64,000 nt of DNA. Origin: Pristiophorus japonicus (lineage: Eukaryota). The stretch lies in the NCBI RefSeq assembly GCF_044704955.1, contig NC_091978.1, positions 219,170,001 through 219,234,000 on the forward strand, read 5' to 3'. The stretch's first letter is position 1, and each line of letters starts with the position of its first letter. The notes below the pieces were generated by a model, which did no database searches, was not told where the DNA came from, and worked only from the letters and a program-made list of their open reading frames with translations. Made by a program: the position numbers and the translations under genes. Positions 1-11,950 of this stretch are shown here, piece by piece.

Positions 1-874
1 GACCCGTTCAGCCTCCCTCCCCCTTCTCCTTTCCACCACCCCCCCATCTCCTTCTCCCCCCAATCTCCTTCCCCCCATCTCCTTTCCTCCCATCTCCTTT
101 CTCCCCCTTCCCCTTCTCCCCTTTATCCCCTTCTCTCCCCCCCTTCTCCCCCCTCCCCCATCCCTCCCCCTTCTCCCCTTCCCTCCCTCTGCTCCCCACT
201 CTCTCCCTCTACCCCCCTCCTCCCCCTCCCCTCGCTGTCAGAAACACAGACACTGACAGACAGAGAATGAGAGACACACACAGACAGACAGAGAGATAGA
301 GACACTGACAGAGACACACTGGGGGGGGGGGGGGGGGGGCATCCCAGCATGCTGTTGGAGGGCTCCCGGTGCTGCAGTCAGTAAGTAGAAAATGTTTTAT
401 TTATTGATTTAAAAAAAAAATTATTTCTTATTAATTTTTTTTGATTGATTTATTGGTTGATTTATTGATGTATTTATCATTTATTATTGATGATGGCTCT
501 TTATTTGTACAACTGAAGTGTTTAATGTTTGTAAACTTCCCTTTAAACCCCCCCCCAACCATTCCCTACGCCTGATTTGTAACCTACGCCTGATTTTCGA
601 AAGTGTAGACAAGGTTTTTTCGAGCTTACTTCATTTCGAGCTTACTTCTTTCTAAGTTAGTTTGGAGTAAGTTTTCACTGACGAAACTTTGAAAACAGGT
701 GTAAGTGGCCGGACACACCCCCTTTTGACAAAAAAATGTTGTTCCAAAGTGAAACTGTTCTAACTGACTAGAACTGGAGCAAACTAAATGACGAGAATTC
801 CGATTTCTAAGATACTCCGTTCTACACTAGTTGCCCCTAAAAATCAGGAGCATATCATGTGGAAACTTGGGGTC
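1..874 (-). mobile_element. Partial copy of a non-autonomous TIR DNA element (Harbinger/MITE-like), same family as 8997-10517
   Basis: About 560-874 is the reverse complement of 8997-9310 and ends ...CATGTGGAAACTTGGGGTC. The 5' part holds a pyrimidine-rich low-complexity tract (10-232) and CA/GA microsatellite. The window start truncates it. Confidence 0.7.
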
Positions 875-2034
875 TCTGTTTCATTTTTAAGTACTTTAAA
901 AAAATCCACATTAAAGTACTCAGTCACATACTGCTACCACTGAGGGTTGGGTGCAGCAATGGTACTGCGTGTTGAAGCATTATTGGGTATGCTTTCCAAC
1001 ATTCAGCAAAATATTGTAACAGTACCAACTTGTCAGAAAACATTAAGAAATTAAATTGAAGGTTTGTTCTGTTAAGCGGATAGACTCCCCTGTGGAGTTG
1101 GTTGGCTGTTTTCCAAGCGACTAACACATTAAGTTGTGTCTTGGTTTAGAAAACAGCCCCTCAGCCTCCCATTTCACAAAACAAAACAGACAGAATGTTT
1201 TGGATTATAACATATCCTCAGCCACCATTTTTTGTCTATCTGCTAAATAAAGACAAATGTTATCTGTATATAGTACAAAACATGCATGTTTTATTTGTGG
1301 GCTCTCTGTCATAGCTTACACGCTGTCAGAATACTGGATGTTGCAATTAGAAGAAAATAGCACGGGTCTGGAGTGTGAATAGCTATTTGTCAGGAAGGTA
1401 TAGTAGTCTTCAGGGCATCAAGTAGGAGAGATGCTTGGGGCTAGAAATTCCACATTGAAAAATAGCTCAGTTTTTTGGCGCTATTTCCGATTAATGGCTG
1501 ATTTTTTAATGCCGAAATATTGCCAAAAAAAAGCCTAAGTTTCACCAAAAGTTTTAAAAATTTTGGCGTAGCCTTAAAATATCTCCGTTTTTTTAGGACA
1601 GAATTAACTTTTTTTGCCTTAAAAATAATGCCCATTCTGCGCATGCCCAACACAGCGTGTACTTGAGGCTCTAAAGTTAAAATGCAGGCGGGGAGATTAC
1701 TCTGACCGAAAAATTCCTCATTCTCTGCTTTGATGCTGGTGAATGGATACTTAGGCATCTTTTAGTGAAACTTGTTCTGTAAAATAAACATGGCCTGACC
1801 ATATAGAGTTTTGAGTTCAATCTCTCTCTGTCTTGTTTCATTCTCGCTCCTCTCTCTCTCTCTCTCTTTTAACCACGGCCATTAAATTTCTTTAGCAAGT
1901 CTGCCTCGGTTGGAAATGAGACTGAAATGTCTGTGTAGTTTCATGTCCTCGGGCTGCTGCACTTTATTACCCTGCTGCCGATGGTGGTGTTGCCTCCCAG
2001 GTCGGGTCAGGGTGTGATGGTGCTCTGATTCCTT

Positions 2035-2528
2035 GGGCTAGAAATAGGATTCTGCCCAAATACGGGCACAGGACAGAGAAATCGGAGGTTTTACTTCAAC
2101 CTAGGCTATGGTTCTGTAATGGAGAATCATTCTTTCCCATTCTTGTTCAAAAAAGGATGAAATCATCACTATAGGTTTCCTGGGGTTTATATCAAAACAC
2201 TACCTCTGTTAGCATGGCAAATGAACCAGCTGAAGACACAGAATAAAGAGTATTTATTATTCCTATATAAAACAGAGGTTTTGTTCCCTTCCAAAGCTTT
2301 AACTTTTGGCACCGTTTCCCAAGATGGCCCCGTTATCACCAATTTACATCCGACTCCACCAGGTAAGCCAAGCTTTTTAAAGGGGATATTTAGCACTATC
2401 CTTAAAAATATCCTTATTAGGGAAGCTCACAAAAAATGGCATTATTGTTGGGTTTGACCCCGAGTGACAAAAACGGTTCTCAAAAAAGTGGAGCTAAATC
2501 GATCCTGACGGTAGCAAATTTCGGGCCC
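2035..2528. mobile_element. Degenerate MITE-like element; a related terminus lies at ~1438
   Basis: Imperfect inverted termini GGGCTAGAAAT...AATTTCGGGCCC. A similar GGGCTAGAAATT starts the CpG-richer segment at 1438-1760. Confidence 0.4.
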
Positions 2529-2924
2529 ATGGTTTAATTCTTACTACCACATTGGATGGCTCAGGAAAATGGCAATAAGTTGTCTGAAGATTGCCTCTGA
2601 CCCCAGCGGCCTCATAAACCTATTAGATCAACAGCAGATTTACTTAAAAAAAAATCCAGTCCATGATCATAAGGTACCTGAAATGGGCTTTAGGCCCAAC
2701 AAACTTGACAGTTTTTCATTGATTAATGCCATTGTCTGCATTAACCTAGGTCTTTGAAATGAGAGGGCCTTGCCTGCTGTGGTAATGTGGGGACAGTTGT
2801 AATAGGATCGCTGACATCACAACCTGCTGGTTGCACTTTGCTCTCCAAGTTATAAAAATGATCAATGCTATACTTTCTCTTTTGCTCTCCTAGGTAGATT
2901 TTCAACATTTTATCGTTTGTTTTC

Positions 2925-3405
2925 AGCTGGCTTAGTTGATATCACTCTTACTTCTGGATCTGTAGGTTATTTATTCAAGCCCCATACAAGAACTTGAGTT
3001 CAAACCTACATTGACCATCCAGTATTGAGGGAGTGCTGTACTGTTGGAGGTTCTACCATTCAGATGAACTATTAAGTGATCTTGCTACCACAGGGAGTGG
3101 TTGAAGCAAATAGTATAGTTGCATTTAAGTGGAAGCTAGATAAGCATATGGGGGAGAAGGGAACAGAGGGTTATGCTGAAAAAGTTAGATGAGGAGGGAT
3201 GGGAGGAGGCTCAAGTGGAGCATAAACACCGGCATGGACTGGTTAGGCTAAATGGTCTGTATCTGTGCCGTCCGTTTCTGTGCTGTATAAGCTATGTAAT
3301 TCTATGTAAGATCCTATTTGCCTCATCAGGAGGATGTTAAAAATCCCAAAGTATGACTTAAAGAAGAGCAGATACCTTGGCTAAAATTACCCTCTCAATA
3401 ACCAA
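2925..3405 (+). mobile_element. Old tRNA-derived Deu-type SINE (SacSINE1/AmnSINE-like), split by a CR1 3' fragment at ~3075-3309
   Basis: Degenerate A/B-box head, then CAGTATTGAGGGAGTGCTGTACTGTTGGAGG and CAGGAGGATGTTAAAAATCCCA...AAGAAGAGCAG, which resemble the Deu domain as recalled. The intervening piece ends in a (TTCTATGTAA)-like CR1 tail. Confidence 0.55.
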
Positions 3406-5285
3406 TGGACAGGTTTATGCTCTCCTATAGTTACACAAGAAGATGTCAGGAGAAGGGCAGTTTGAAGTTGGTCCGAACCAGAGTGTTGTGGAGGGAATAA
3501 TCCCTCTGAGAGAGAATGGAAAATGTCTTGATGCTGGGATCTTATTATAGTTAGCAGAATATTTCCTCTGCTTACTTGGAATATGTTTGTGTTGCTTATT
3601 TCTCTTCCTTCTCTCCTTTTATCCTAAAAATGCTTGCTCTTCTTTGAATTGTCTGAAGTGTTGCCCTGTTTGTCTTCTCCACAGATGCTGTGTGCTTTCA
3701 GCATTTTTTGTTTTTGATCCACAACTCCAGCACTTGCAGTGGTTTTTATTTTTATTTGTGTGGGCATGACTTGGCTTGTGGAGGTATTCTCAGTGTTGAG
3801 CTTCTGGATCTATATATACCAACCCAGACTGCTCACATAAGCTGCCAAACAGCTTCCAAAAAGTTGGCACACCCTCAAAAATGGAAAATAACCTGGCAAC
3901 TCAAAAAGCAAACCACAACTCAAAAACAGTGCTGAATATTAGCCAATGAACAGGGCCGCTGTTTCAGTGGGACAGAATAAATTGAGCTCTGTTTGTATTT
4001 ATGTGCAATTCCAGCATTTTGGGCATCATATTCCACAATTAATTTGTTTTTTTTTGCTTTGTCTATAATGTGTGAAAACAAATAGTTATACCAAGAGTGC
4101 AGTGAAACATGATTTTGTCAGACTCCAATAGGGATACTTTTCAGACTTTGTGCTTTTGGTGAGCAAGACTCCCAGATGAAAATGTAAATTAAAAAATTAT
4201 TTTCAATATTCTATCACTTACATTTGAATGAAAAAAGTGATGTACAAAAGTTTTTTTATCAGTGGCAGATTTAAAATTTGAAAAGGATGGGTGTCAGCTG
4301 AAAGTGACTTGATTTATTTCTGGGAGGTGGACTCGCAGGGCACCTGAATGCATGGCTCACTTTCCCAAGTGTATTTTGATTTTTGATACTTTTTGAAGCA
4401 TTTTTCAGCATTTTGAAGTCTACAGTAATTCTATCTTTGTATCTAAAATGTAGGTATCCTGGAAGCCTTACATATTGCTTTGATATTATGATAAGGCAAT
4501 TATTGCAAATAACAATTGATTCTTGATTGTAGGACCTTCAGAAGGTAATACATAGTGGGACAAATAATGTGATGGTGCCTTCACTGGCTGCGAACACCAA
4601 CAATGTGGTCCTGGTGTTCCCTGTGCATCACGAAAGTTATGCCTGCAGCACCAGTAATTCATACAAACCTCAGCATATCCAGTGAGGTCCACTTATTCAT
4701 GTGCAGGATCCCTCCTCTTCAGCATAAAAGCTACAATGTACTCTGACAGTGCACATGCTGTTGAATCCTATTCACAAGCACCAGAACAGCTGCCAGGTGA
4801 GCCTTTGCTTCTTGCCAATGTCAGTCATCGCAATTACCATCACCCCCCTCCCCGCCGCCACCCCCCCCCTCTTTCATAGAGCAACAGGCAAATTCAGATA
4901 GTTGGATTACATATATTACCTCCCTGATTGTATATCTTACATCGCTCTCTCCAACAACGCACTCTCCATAATATTTGAAATTACTCTTTCTAGTATATTT
5001 TAGATTAATTTCTATTACATCTTGCCCCTTGATATATTTTACATCACTTAATAATTGACATTTTGTTACTCCTTTGATGGGAAGCTGGCAGATTTGAGTT
5101 AATAAGTGGCCACTATGAAAGGAAATGGTTGCATCTCTTCCTTTCCCTGTTATGCCCCAGGAACTGGGCACCTCTGCAGAATGACATGTGATCTGTATGA
5201 GAAGTGAGTATAGGCTATCACTGAGGTGTGAGAATTCTGCTGTTATGGCTCTCTAAAGCCAAACCCTAAGCCAGTCAAGTCTAAG

Positions 5286-5995
5286 AGCATAAGAATTAGG
5301 AGCAGGAGTAGGTCATAAGCCCCTCGAACCTGCTCCACGATTCAATAAGATCATGGCTGATCTTTGACCTCAACTCCACTATTCTGCTCAATCCCCATAT
5401 CGTTTGATTCCCATAAGGTGCAAAATTCTATCGATCTCAGCCTTGAATATGCTCAATGGATGAACATCCACAGCCCTCTGATGTAGAGAATTCAAAAAAT
5501 TCACAACCCTCTGAGTGAAGAAATTTCTCCTCATCTCAATCCTAAATGGCTGATCCCTATCCTGAGACTATCACCCCTAGTTCCAGACTCTTCAGCCCAG
5601 CAAAAATGCTTCTTAGCATCTACCCTATCAAGTCCTCTGAGGCTCTTATATTTTCAATAAGAACATCATTCATTCTTCTAAATTCCAGAGAGTATAGGCT
5701 CATTCTACACAATCGCTCCTCATAGGACAAAACTCTCATCCCGGGAATCAATCTAGTGAACCTTCATTACACCCTTCAAGAGACAAAAACTGTGCACAGT
5801 ACTCCAGGTGTAGCCTCACCAATGCCCTGTACAATTGCAGCAAGATTTTCTTACATTTGTACTCCAACCCCCTTGCAATAAAGGCCAACATACCATTTGC
5901 CTTCCTAATTGCTTGCTGTACCTGCATGTTAACTTTCTGTATTTCGTGCACAATGACACCCAAATCCCTCTGAACACTAACATTTAATAGATTCT
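5286..5995 (-). mobile_element. CR1 LINE 3' fragment
   Basis: ORF 5748-5963 reads KANGMLAFIARG..LQLYRALVRLHLEYC (CR1 ORF2 C-terminus). CR1 3'UTR at 5286-5400. Confidence 0.9.
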
Positions 5996-6422
5996 CACAT
6001 ATTGGCCCAGCATAGTTATGGAGTATGCCGTCGACCTTCCAAAAGAATTTTCAATTACTTTGTGCAAGGTCCCACATGTAGACTTGCTGTTCTGCACTGC
6101 AGAGTTGTGTGCAGCATATTGCACCACGGAGCCCAGGAGCGTACAGCCTTTGTGTAAGAGAAAACATATCCACAAAAACTTTGTCGCATTGAAATTACCT
6201 TTTAAAAACTTTAAAATAATTTTTAAAACTTTTAATTAAACGGCAAATTAAATTTAGATGTGAGTATTTTACAGAACATTCACATTACATATTTAATTGT
6301 GAGGCAATTACTGAATGTATTAAATGAAAACAAATAGAGAAGAGAGAATGTTGGCAAAATATGTAGAACTGCAGTTACCAAAACTGGTACTTGGAGTTAT
6401 TTCATATTTTAGCATTTTGTTA

Positions 6423-6690
6423 AACATATGAAACATATATCTTGTGCAACAACCTTTCATGTGGCACCTTATCAACCTTAACTGGTCTGAAGTTCCCTGT
6501 TTTCTCTATCCCTCTTTTCTTGAATAGCGGTGTTACATTTGCTACCTTCCAATCCGCGGCGACCGTTCCAGAATCTAGGGAATTCTGGAAGATCAAAACC
6601 AAATCACTATCTCTGCAGCCACCTCTTTTAAAACCCTAGGGTGTATGCCGCCAGGTCCAGGGGATTTGTCAGATTTAAGTCCCATTAGTT
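6423..6690 (-). mobile_element. CR1 ORF2 internal fragment
   Basis: DWKVANVTPLFKK..GNFRPV is joined directly to DKVPHERLL, i.e. an internal deletion. Confidence 0.85.
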
Positions 6691-6699
6691 TAGTTTCCT

Positions 6700-7857
6700 T
6701 ATCAGAGGAAGAACATGCATACTTTAGAGGCGGTGCAATAAGGAGAGCTTGATTGATTGGGCCTATATTCTCTGGAGTTTAGAAGATTGAGAGGTGATCT
6801 CATTGAAACATATAAGCTTCTGAGGGGTATTGACAGGGCAGATGCTGAGAGGTTGTTCCCCTTGGTTGGAGAGTCTAGACCTAGGGGGGCATAGTCTCAG
6901 AATAAGGGGTCAGCCATTTAAGACTGAGATGAGGAGGAATTTCTTCTCTCGGAGTGTTGGGAATCAATGGCCTGGAAATCTCGGCCTCCCCGGGTCCGTA
7001 CGGAGTGTGTACGGACCCGGGAAGGCATTGCAAAACCTGATTTTCAGTGCACAATGCGCATGCGCTGAAAACCGTCTTTTCCGATCTGTCAAGCTCCAAC
7101 GTGACAGATCCTCCACATCTCGGGAGCGAGGACATTCGCATGGGCAAGATTGCGGTATTTGCCCATATCTTGCCCAGCGGATGTCCTGAAAACTTGCGCC
7201 TGATAAAAGCAGGCGCATAGCCTACTTTTACAGGCTTAAGAGTTTTAAAACACAAAAACATAATAAAATAAAATTTTAAAAGCACATTTTATTGTTAAAG
7301 CCCACTAAGGTAAGTTTATTTTAAATTATAATTAAAAAAACTTTTTAAAAAATCGGAAAAATATATATTTTTAATAAGACATAAATAACTTTAATTTAAT
7401 TAATGTGGTGTATTTTTTCTATTTTTTATTAGTGTTTTGGGTGTTTGGGTGCTGTTTCTCAATCATAATAATGGGAACTCCAATTTATGGCGTTCCCATT
7501 ATTATGAATGAGAAAATACTGTACCTTGATTGGCTGCCCAGAGCCATGTGGCTGCCCAAGAGCAGCTCTAGCTTACGTGCACGATATGCACGCGCTCTGA
7601 TGTGCAGTGAGTGGAGGTCTCAGGACCGGGATCTCTCATGGGCGCAGAAGGAACTTTTTCATTCGATCGCCCGTGGGAAGCAGCCGTTGAGTATATTCAA
7701 GGCTGAGAATAATAGATTTTTGGAGTCTAAAAGAATCAAGGGGGTTTGGGAGGGAAAGTGTTGATGTTGAAGATCAGCCATGATCTTCTTGAATGGTGGA
7801 GCAGGCTCAAGGGGTCATATGGCCTCCTCCTGCTCCTAATTCTTATCATCTTATGTT
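6700..7857 (+). mobile_element. CR1 3' fragment interrupted by a MITE-like insertion (~6968-7675)
   Basis: RGHSLRIRG..FKTEMRRNFFS before 6960. CR1 resumes at ~7680 (LSIFKAE..RFL..K.IKG) with 3'UTR and tail. The insert is CpG-rich with an AT-rich core and begins GGCCTGGAAAT. Confidence 0.75.
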
Positions 7858-8996
7858 TTCATTAGACCCTTGCCTCCCCACTATTTCTGGTATGTTTTTT
7901 TATGTATTCTACTGTGAAGATAGTTTAGCTGTTAAAGTCAGCTATAGGTTGGAGCCCACATCAGCATTTGGTCCCCTTGTCCTTGGTGGTTCCCATTGTA
8001 GATTCCTTTGAAATTGCCACTCACTCCATGGTGCACTGCAGTGGTGACAATATTTTGTACGCTGCTGCAAAGTAGTAGTAACTGCACTCTTGCACATTCA
8101 TCAACATCACCTGCAGAGTCCCTTACATACAGGAGATAGACTCTTTGGCCTCTGCTGCAGTCAGCCTTAAGGATCCTGAAGAATATCATTTTTTTCCCCC
8201 TTCAAATTTTAACATTTGTTGGTGGGACCTGTGTATCATTACAGTAGGAGAACGATTGTACAGGCTCCTCTTCTCTGCAAGCCCCATGTTTCCTTCCATA
8301 AATTGTTGAACGCAAGATGCCAGGCACTAAGCTGGCCTTTGAGTCCAGTAGTCCAACTCGGCAAATGTGGAAAAAATGGCAGAAGCTGTCTCTCCCCTTT
8401 AAAGTTGAGCAACAATCCTTTAAGAGTAGCTGCCTCATCCAAAATCCTGCTGCTAACCAACTGTGCTTATAGCTTAGTTCCCAATGTTTCTTTTTCAAAT
8501 GGTGGTAGGTTATTCCAATTCATGGGAGGAGATAGCATGGCAACTTTCAGTGAGGTCAGCATTTCTCATGACTGACACAGGTGGGTGCAGCCTCAAAATT
8601 ATCTGCATTGTAAGTTCAGGGCTTGCTTTACCTAATGGATGCTGTAAAGACTAGCATAATTCACTACAAAAACTGCAAAAGAATTATTTTACAATTATGT
8701 TTGCCATGTTAATATAGACAGTACACGGTCTGTCCATATACGGACATAACGAAATGACAGACAGGAGATGGCCCATCAAACCAGCTGGTCCATCAAGCCT
8801 GCTCCAACCTCATAATGCCTGGAGTAATATGACTAGCCATTACGCAAAAGAATAGGTAGTGCAACTATTAAAACGGTCTTCGAGGTAGGTGTAAAAACTG
8901 GCAATAACTTTTAATCAAACGACAACACTAAAAATGACGATTGAATTTCTCACAGGATCAAATGGTATTATAAAGCAGTAGAAACATAGAAACAAA

Positions 8997-10517
8997 GGCC
9001 CCAAGTTTCCACATGATTTGCTCCTGATTTTTAGGAGCAACTGGTGTAGAACGGAGTATCTTAGAAATCGGAATTCTCCACATTTAGTTTGCTCCAGTTC
9101 TAGTCAGTTAGAACAGTTTCACTTTGGAACAGAATTTTTTTTTTCAAAAGGGGGCGTGTCCGGCCACCTACGCCTGATTTCAAAGTTTCGTGAGTGAAAA
9201 CTTACTCCAAACTAACTTAGAATGGAGTAAGTGAAGATTTTTGTACACTCGAAAAAACCTTGTCTACACTTTAGAAAATCAGGCGTAGGTTACAAATTAG
9301 GTGTAGGGAACGAGGTGGGGGGGGGGGGAGGCGGGGGAAGGGAAGTCATTAAATTCTACAATCAATCCTTAGTTATACTTATACAAATATTATACAAATA
9401 AATCCAACCTGAATAAAAATTTATAAGCAAAGAAAAAATTAAATAAACCATGTTCCTACCTGTGTGAAAGTGCTTCAGGCAGGCCTTTCATGTTGGAGAC
9501 AGGCAGCGGTGTGGCGTCAGTGTCTCGATGGCAGCGGCAGCAAGCTTCGAGCTGAGCTGCAGTGCTTGAGGCAGGCCTTCATTCTCTTCGTGGCTGGCCA
9601 GCAGCCGAAGAATCAGCAGACCGATGTGAGGCCATTCGGCCATGAGATAGCAGCGGCGTCAGTGGCTGGCCGGCAGCCGAAGAATCAATGCAGGACACAC
9701 GCAGCTCATTAAGGTTCTTGAGGCCATTCGGCCACGCTTTAGGGGCGGCATCAGTGGCTGGCCGGCAGCCAAAGAATCATCAGCGGACGGACATGAGGCC
9801 ATTCGGCCATAGGATATCAGTGGCGTCAGTGGCTGGCCGGCAGCCGAAGATACAGCAGCAGCCTTCGAGCTGTGAGGGAGACTGAGACCATTTGGACAGG
9901 GAGAGGCAGCCACATCGACAGTTTTATATTTAAATTTGCAGAATGGGTGCTGCATTGTCAACACCATGTATTATTGCAAAGTTGAATTGGCACTCTTATT
10001 TCTCCAAACACACAGTCCTTACTTTGCATGCACCAATGCAGCACCGGTTCTGCAAGATTAGCAGTGAAAAGCTGAACTCATTGATTTCAGCAGGTGATTT
10101 ATTCAGCAGTGCTGCTAAAAGCACTCCCTCACACACAGAAATACAAAAAAAAATTAAATTACAAGCCTTTGCAGGGGTCCAAGAAACAAATCTTCACTTT
10201 TTCTGCAGTATTTTTAAAAATGGCCGAGGGCCAATGTTTGTGTGAGGCTGCGCGTGCGGGCACGCTCCAACGCGCACGCGCAGGGTTGCCGGCACCACGA
10301 AGGCTAATTTAAATTGTACCCGCCCCCTGCTACTTAGAAAATTGGCGCGAGTATTAGGCTCCGCCCCCTGCTGCGAAGAGCGCGCCGCGCCAAGCAGACA
10401 TCGAGCTCCAAGGAGCTCGAGAATATTGGACTTTTTTTTAGGCGCAGTTTTTGGCGCGAAAAACAGGCGCCCAGTTCGGAGGTGCGCCGTTTTCGCCGCG
10501 GCATGAAACTTGGGGCC
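8997..10517 (+). mobile_element. Non-autonomous TIR DNA transposon (Harbinger/MITE-like) inserted in a CR1 tail
   Basis: 13-bp terminal inverted repeats GGCCCCAAGTTTC / GAAACTTGGGGCC. The (TAGAAACA)n CR1 tail flanks both sides. No transposase ORF. Confidence 0.8.
9590..9855. repeat. Tandem array of ~70-95 bp GC-rich units inside the TIR element
   Basis: Four copies of TGGCTGGCC(G/A)GCAGCC(G/A)AAGA alternate with three copies of GAGGCCATTCGGCCA. Confidence 0.85.
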
Positions 10518-11218
10518 ATAGAAATTTACATGCAGAAGAAGGCCATTTCGGCCCATCGTGTCCACGCCGGCTGACAAAGAGCCACACGGATCTTGGTCAG
10601 CAGCTCTAAAGGTTACATATAAACCTATGAACAATGATGGAAAGGCAAAGAGCACCCAGCCCAAACCAGTCCGCCTCAGACAACTGCGACCCCTTATACT
10701 GAAACATTCTACACTCCACCCCAACCGAAGCCATGTGATTTCCTGGGAGAGGCAAAAACCAGATAAAACCCAGGCCAATTTAGGGAGAAAAAATCTGGGA
10801 AAATTCCTCTTCGACCCATCCAGGCGATCGAAACTAGTCCAGGAGATCACCCTGGCCATATTCTATTCCCTGCAGTACTTACCATTATATCTGCGCCGTC
10901 CAACAAAAGGTCATCCAATCTAATCCCAATTACCAGCTCTAGGTCCGTAACGCTGCAGGTTACTGCACTTTAAGTGCGCATTCAACCATCTCTTAAAAGT
11001 GCTGAGGGTTTCTGCATCCACCAATCTTCCAAGCAGCGAATTCCATATTCCACACAACCCTCTGCGTAAAGAAGCCCTCCTCAAATCCCTTCTAAAACTT
11101 CCACCAACCACCTTAAAACCATGCCCCCTTGTAATAGGTCGCTCCACCAATGGAAATAGGCCCTTACTATCCACTATGTCCAGGCCCCTCAATATTTTGT
11201 ACACCTCAATAAGGTCTC

Positions 11219-11812
11219 TGTTAGCGTGAATGTTTTCTCGGAAGAATCACTCAACACAGAGTCGGTTCCAACGCCAAAGCGGCCTTTATTTTTGCTAGCG
11301 GGGAGGAAGCCTCAGGACTGGATCCAGGCACTTCTCTCCGATGAACAAAGAAACTCATCGATATTTATATGTTTTACAATAGTTCTTTACAGTTACTCAG
11401 CCCACTTCGGCTGGACACAATCCAATCAAACTGATTATAGATTACATATCGGTTTCTTTAACCCAATAGAATTCTCCTGATATCTCAGGGGCTGTATGTT
11501 CGGTTTTTGTCAGCTCGGGCTGATTAATGACCTCGTTATGTGAGGTGGGCCCCCCCCCCTCCCTTATCTCTGTTCCTCGGGCTCGGCTGTGTGAAGTCAC
11601 TGATTATACCAGTGTACTATAATGGTTTGTTATAATTATCTTGTATCCAAGGCATTCCTGGTAGTGGGCCTCACTAGGTCATTGCTCGGTCAGCCCCAGT
11701 TCATTACTTGACTAACTGAGTACCCATCATGCTTGGGCAGCCATTTTATATGTGGCCACTTTAAACTTATATGAGATTAGATATATTCAGCAGGTGCCTA
11801 ATGCCTACAACA
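11219..11812 (-). repeat. Provirus A 3' LTR
   Basis: TG...CA termini. Direct repeat of 17292-17889. Minus-strand TATA-like CATATAAAT (~11363-11371) and AATAAA (~11286-11291). PPT AAAGGAGGGAAT at 11813-11824. Confidence 0.95.
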
Positions 11813-11950
11813 ATTCCCTCCTTTCGGTAAAGGGACTAGTCCTAGACCCCCTTTAACCGGCCGCCCTACTTTTATTAGATTTTGTGCACGGCCCGGTACT
11901 CCCTGCCTCAACGTGCTGGCCAGTCATGCGGTTTCAGGAGTCCCGGTTGC

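Noticed and set aside
8-350. Gly/Glu/Lys-rich and Ser/Val-rich ORFs
   Set aside because: Translations of low-complexity and microsatellite sequence.
4533-4796. Possible host exon bounded by AG and GTGAG
   Set aside because: The frames I read contain stops, and there is no recognisable protein similarity.
11226-11480. Duplicated ORF (also 17346-17555)
   Set aside because: Antisense reading of the two LTRs. The duplication is explained by LTR structure.
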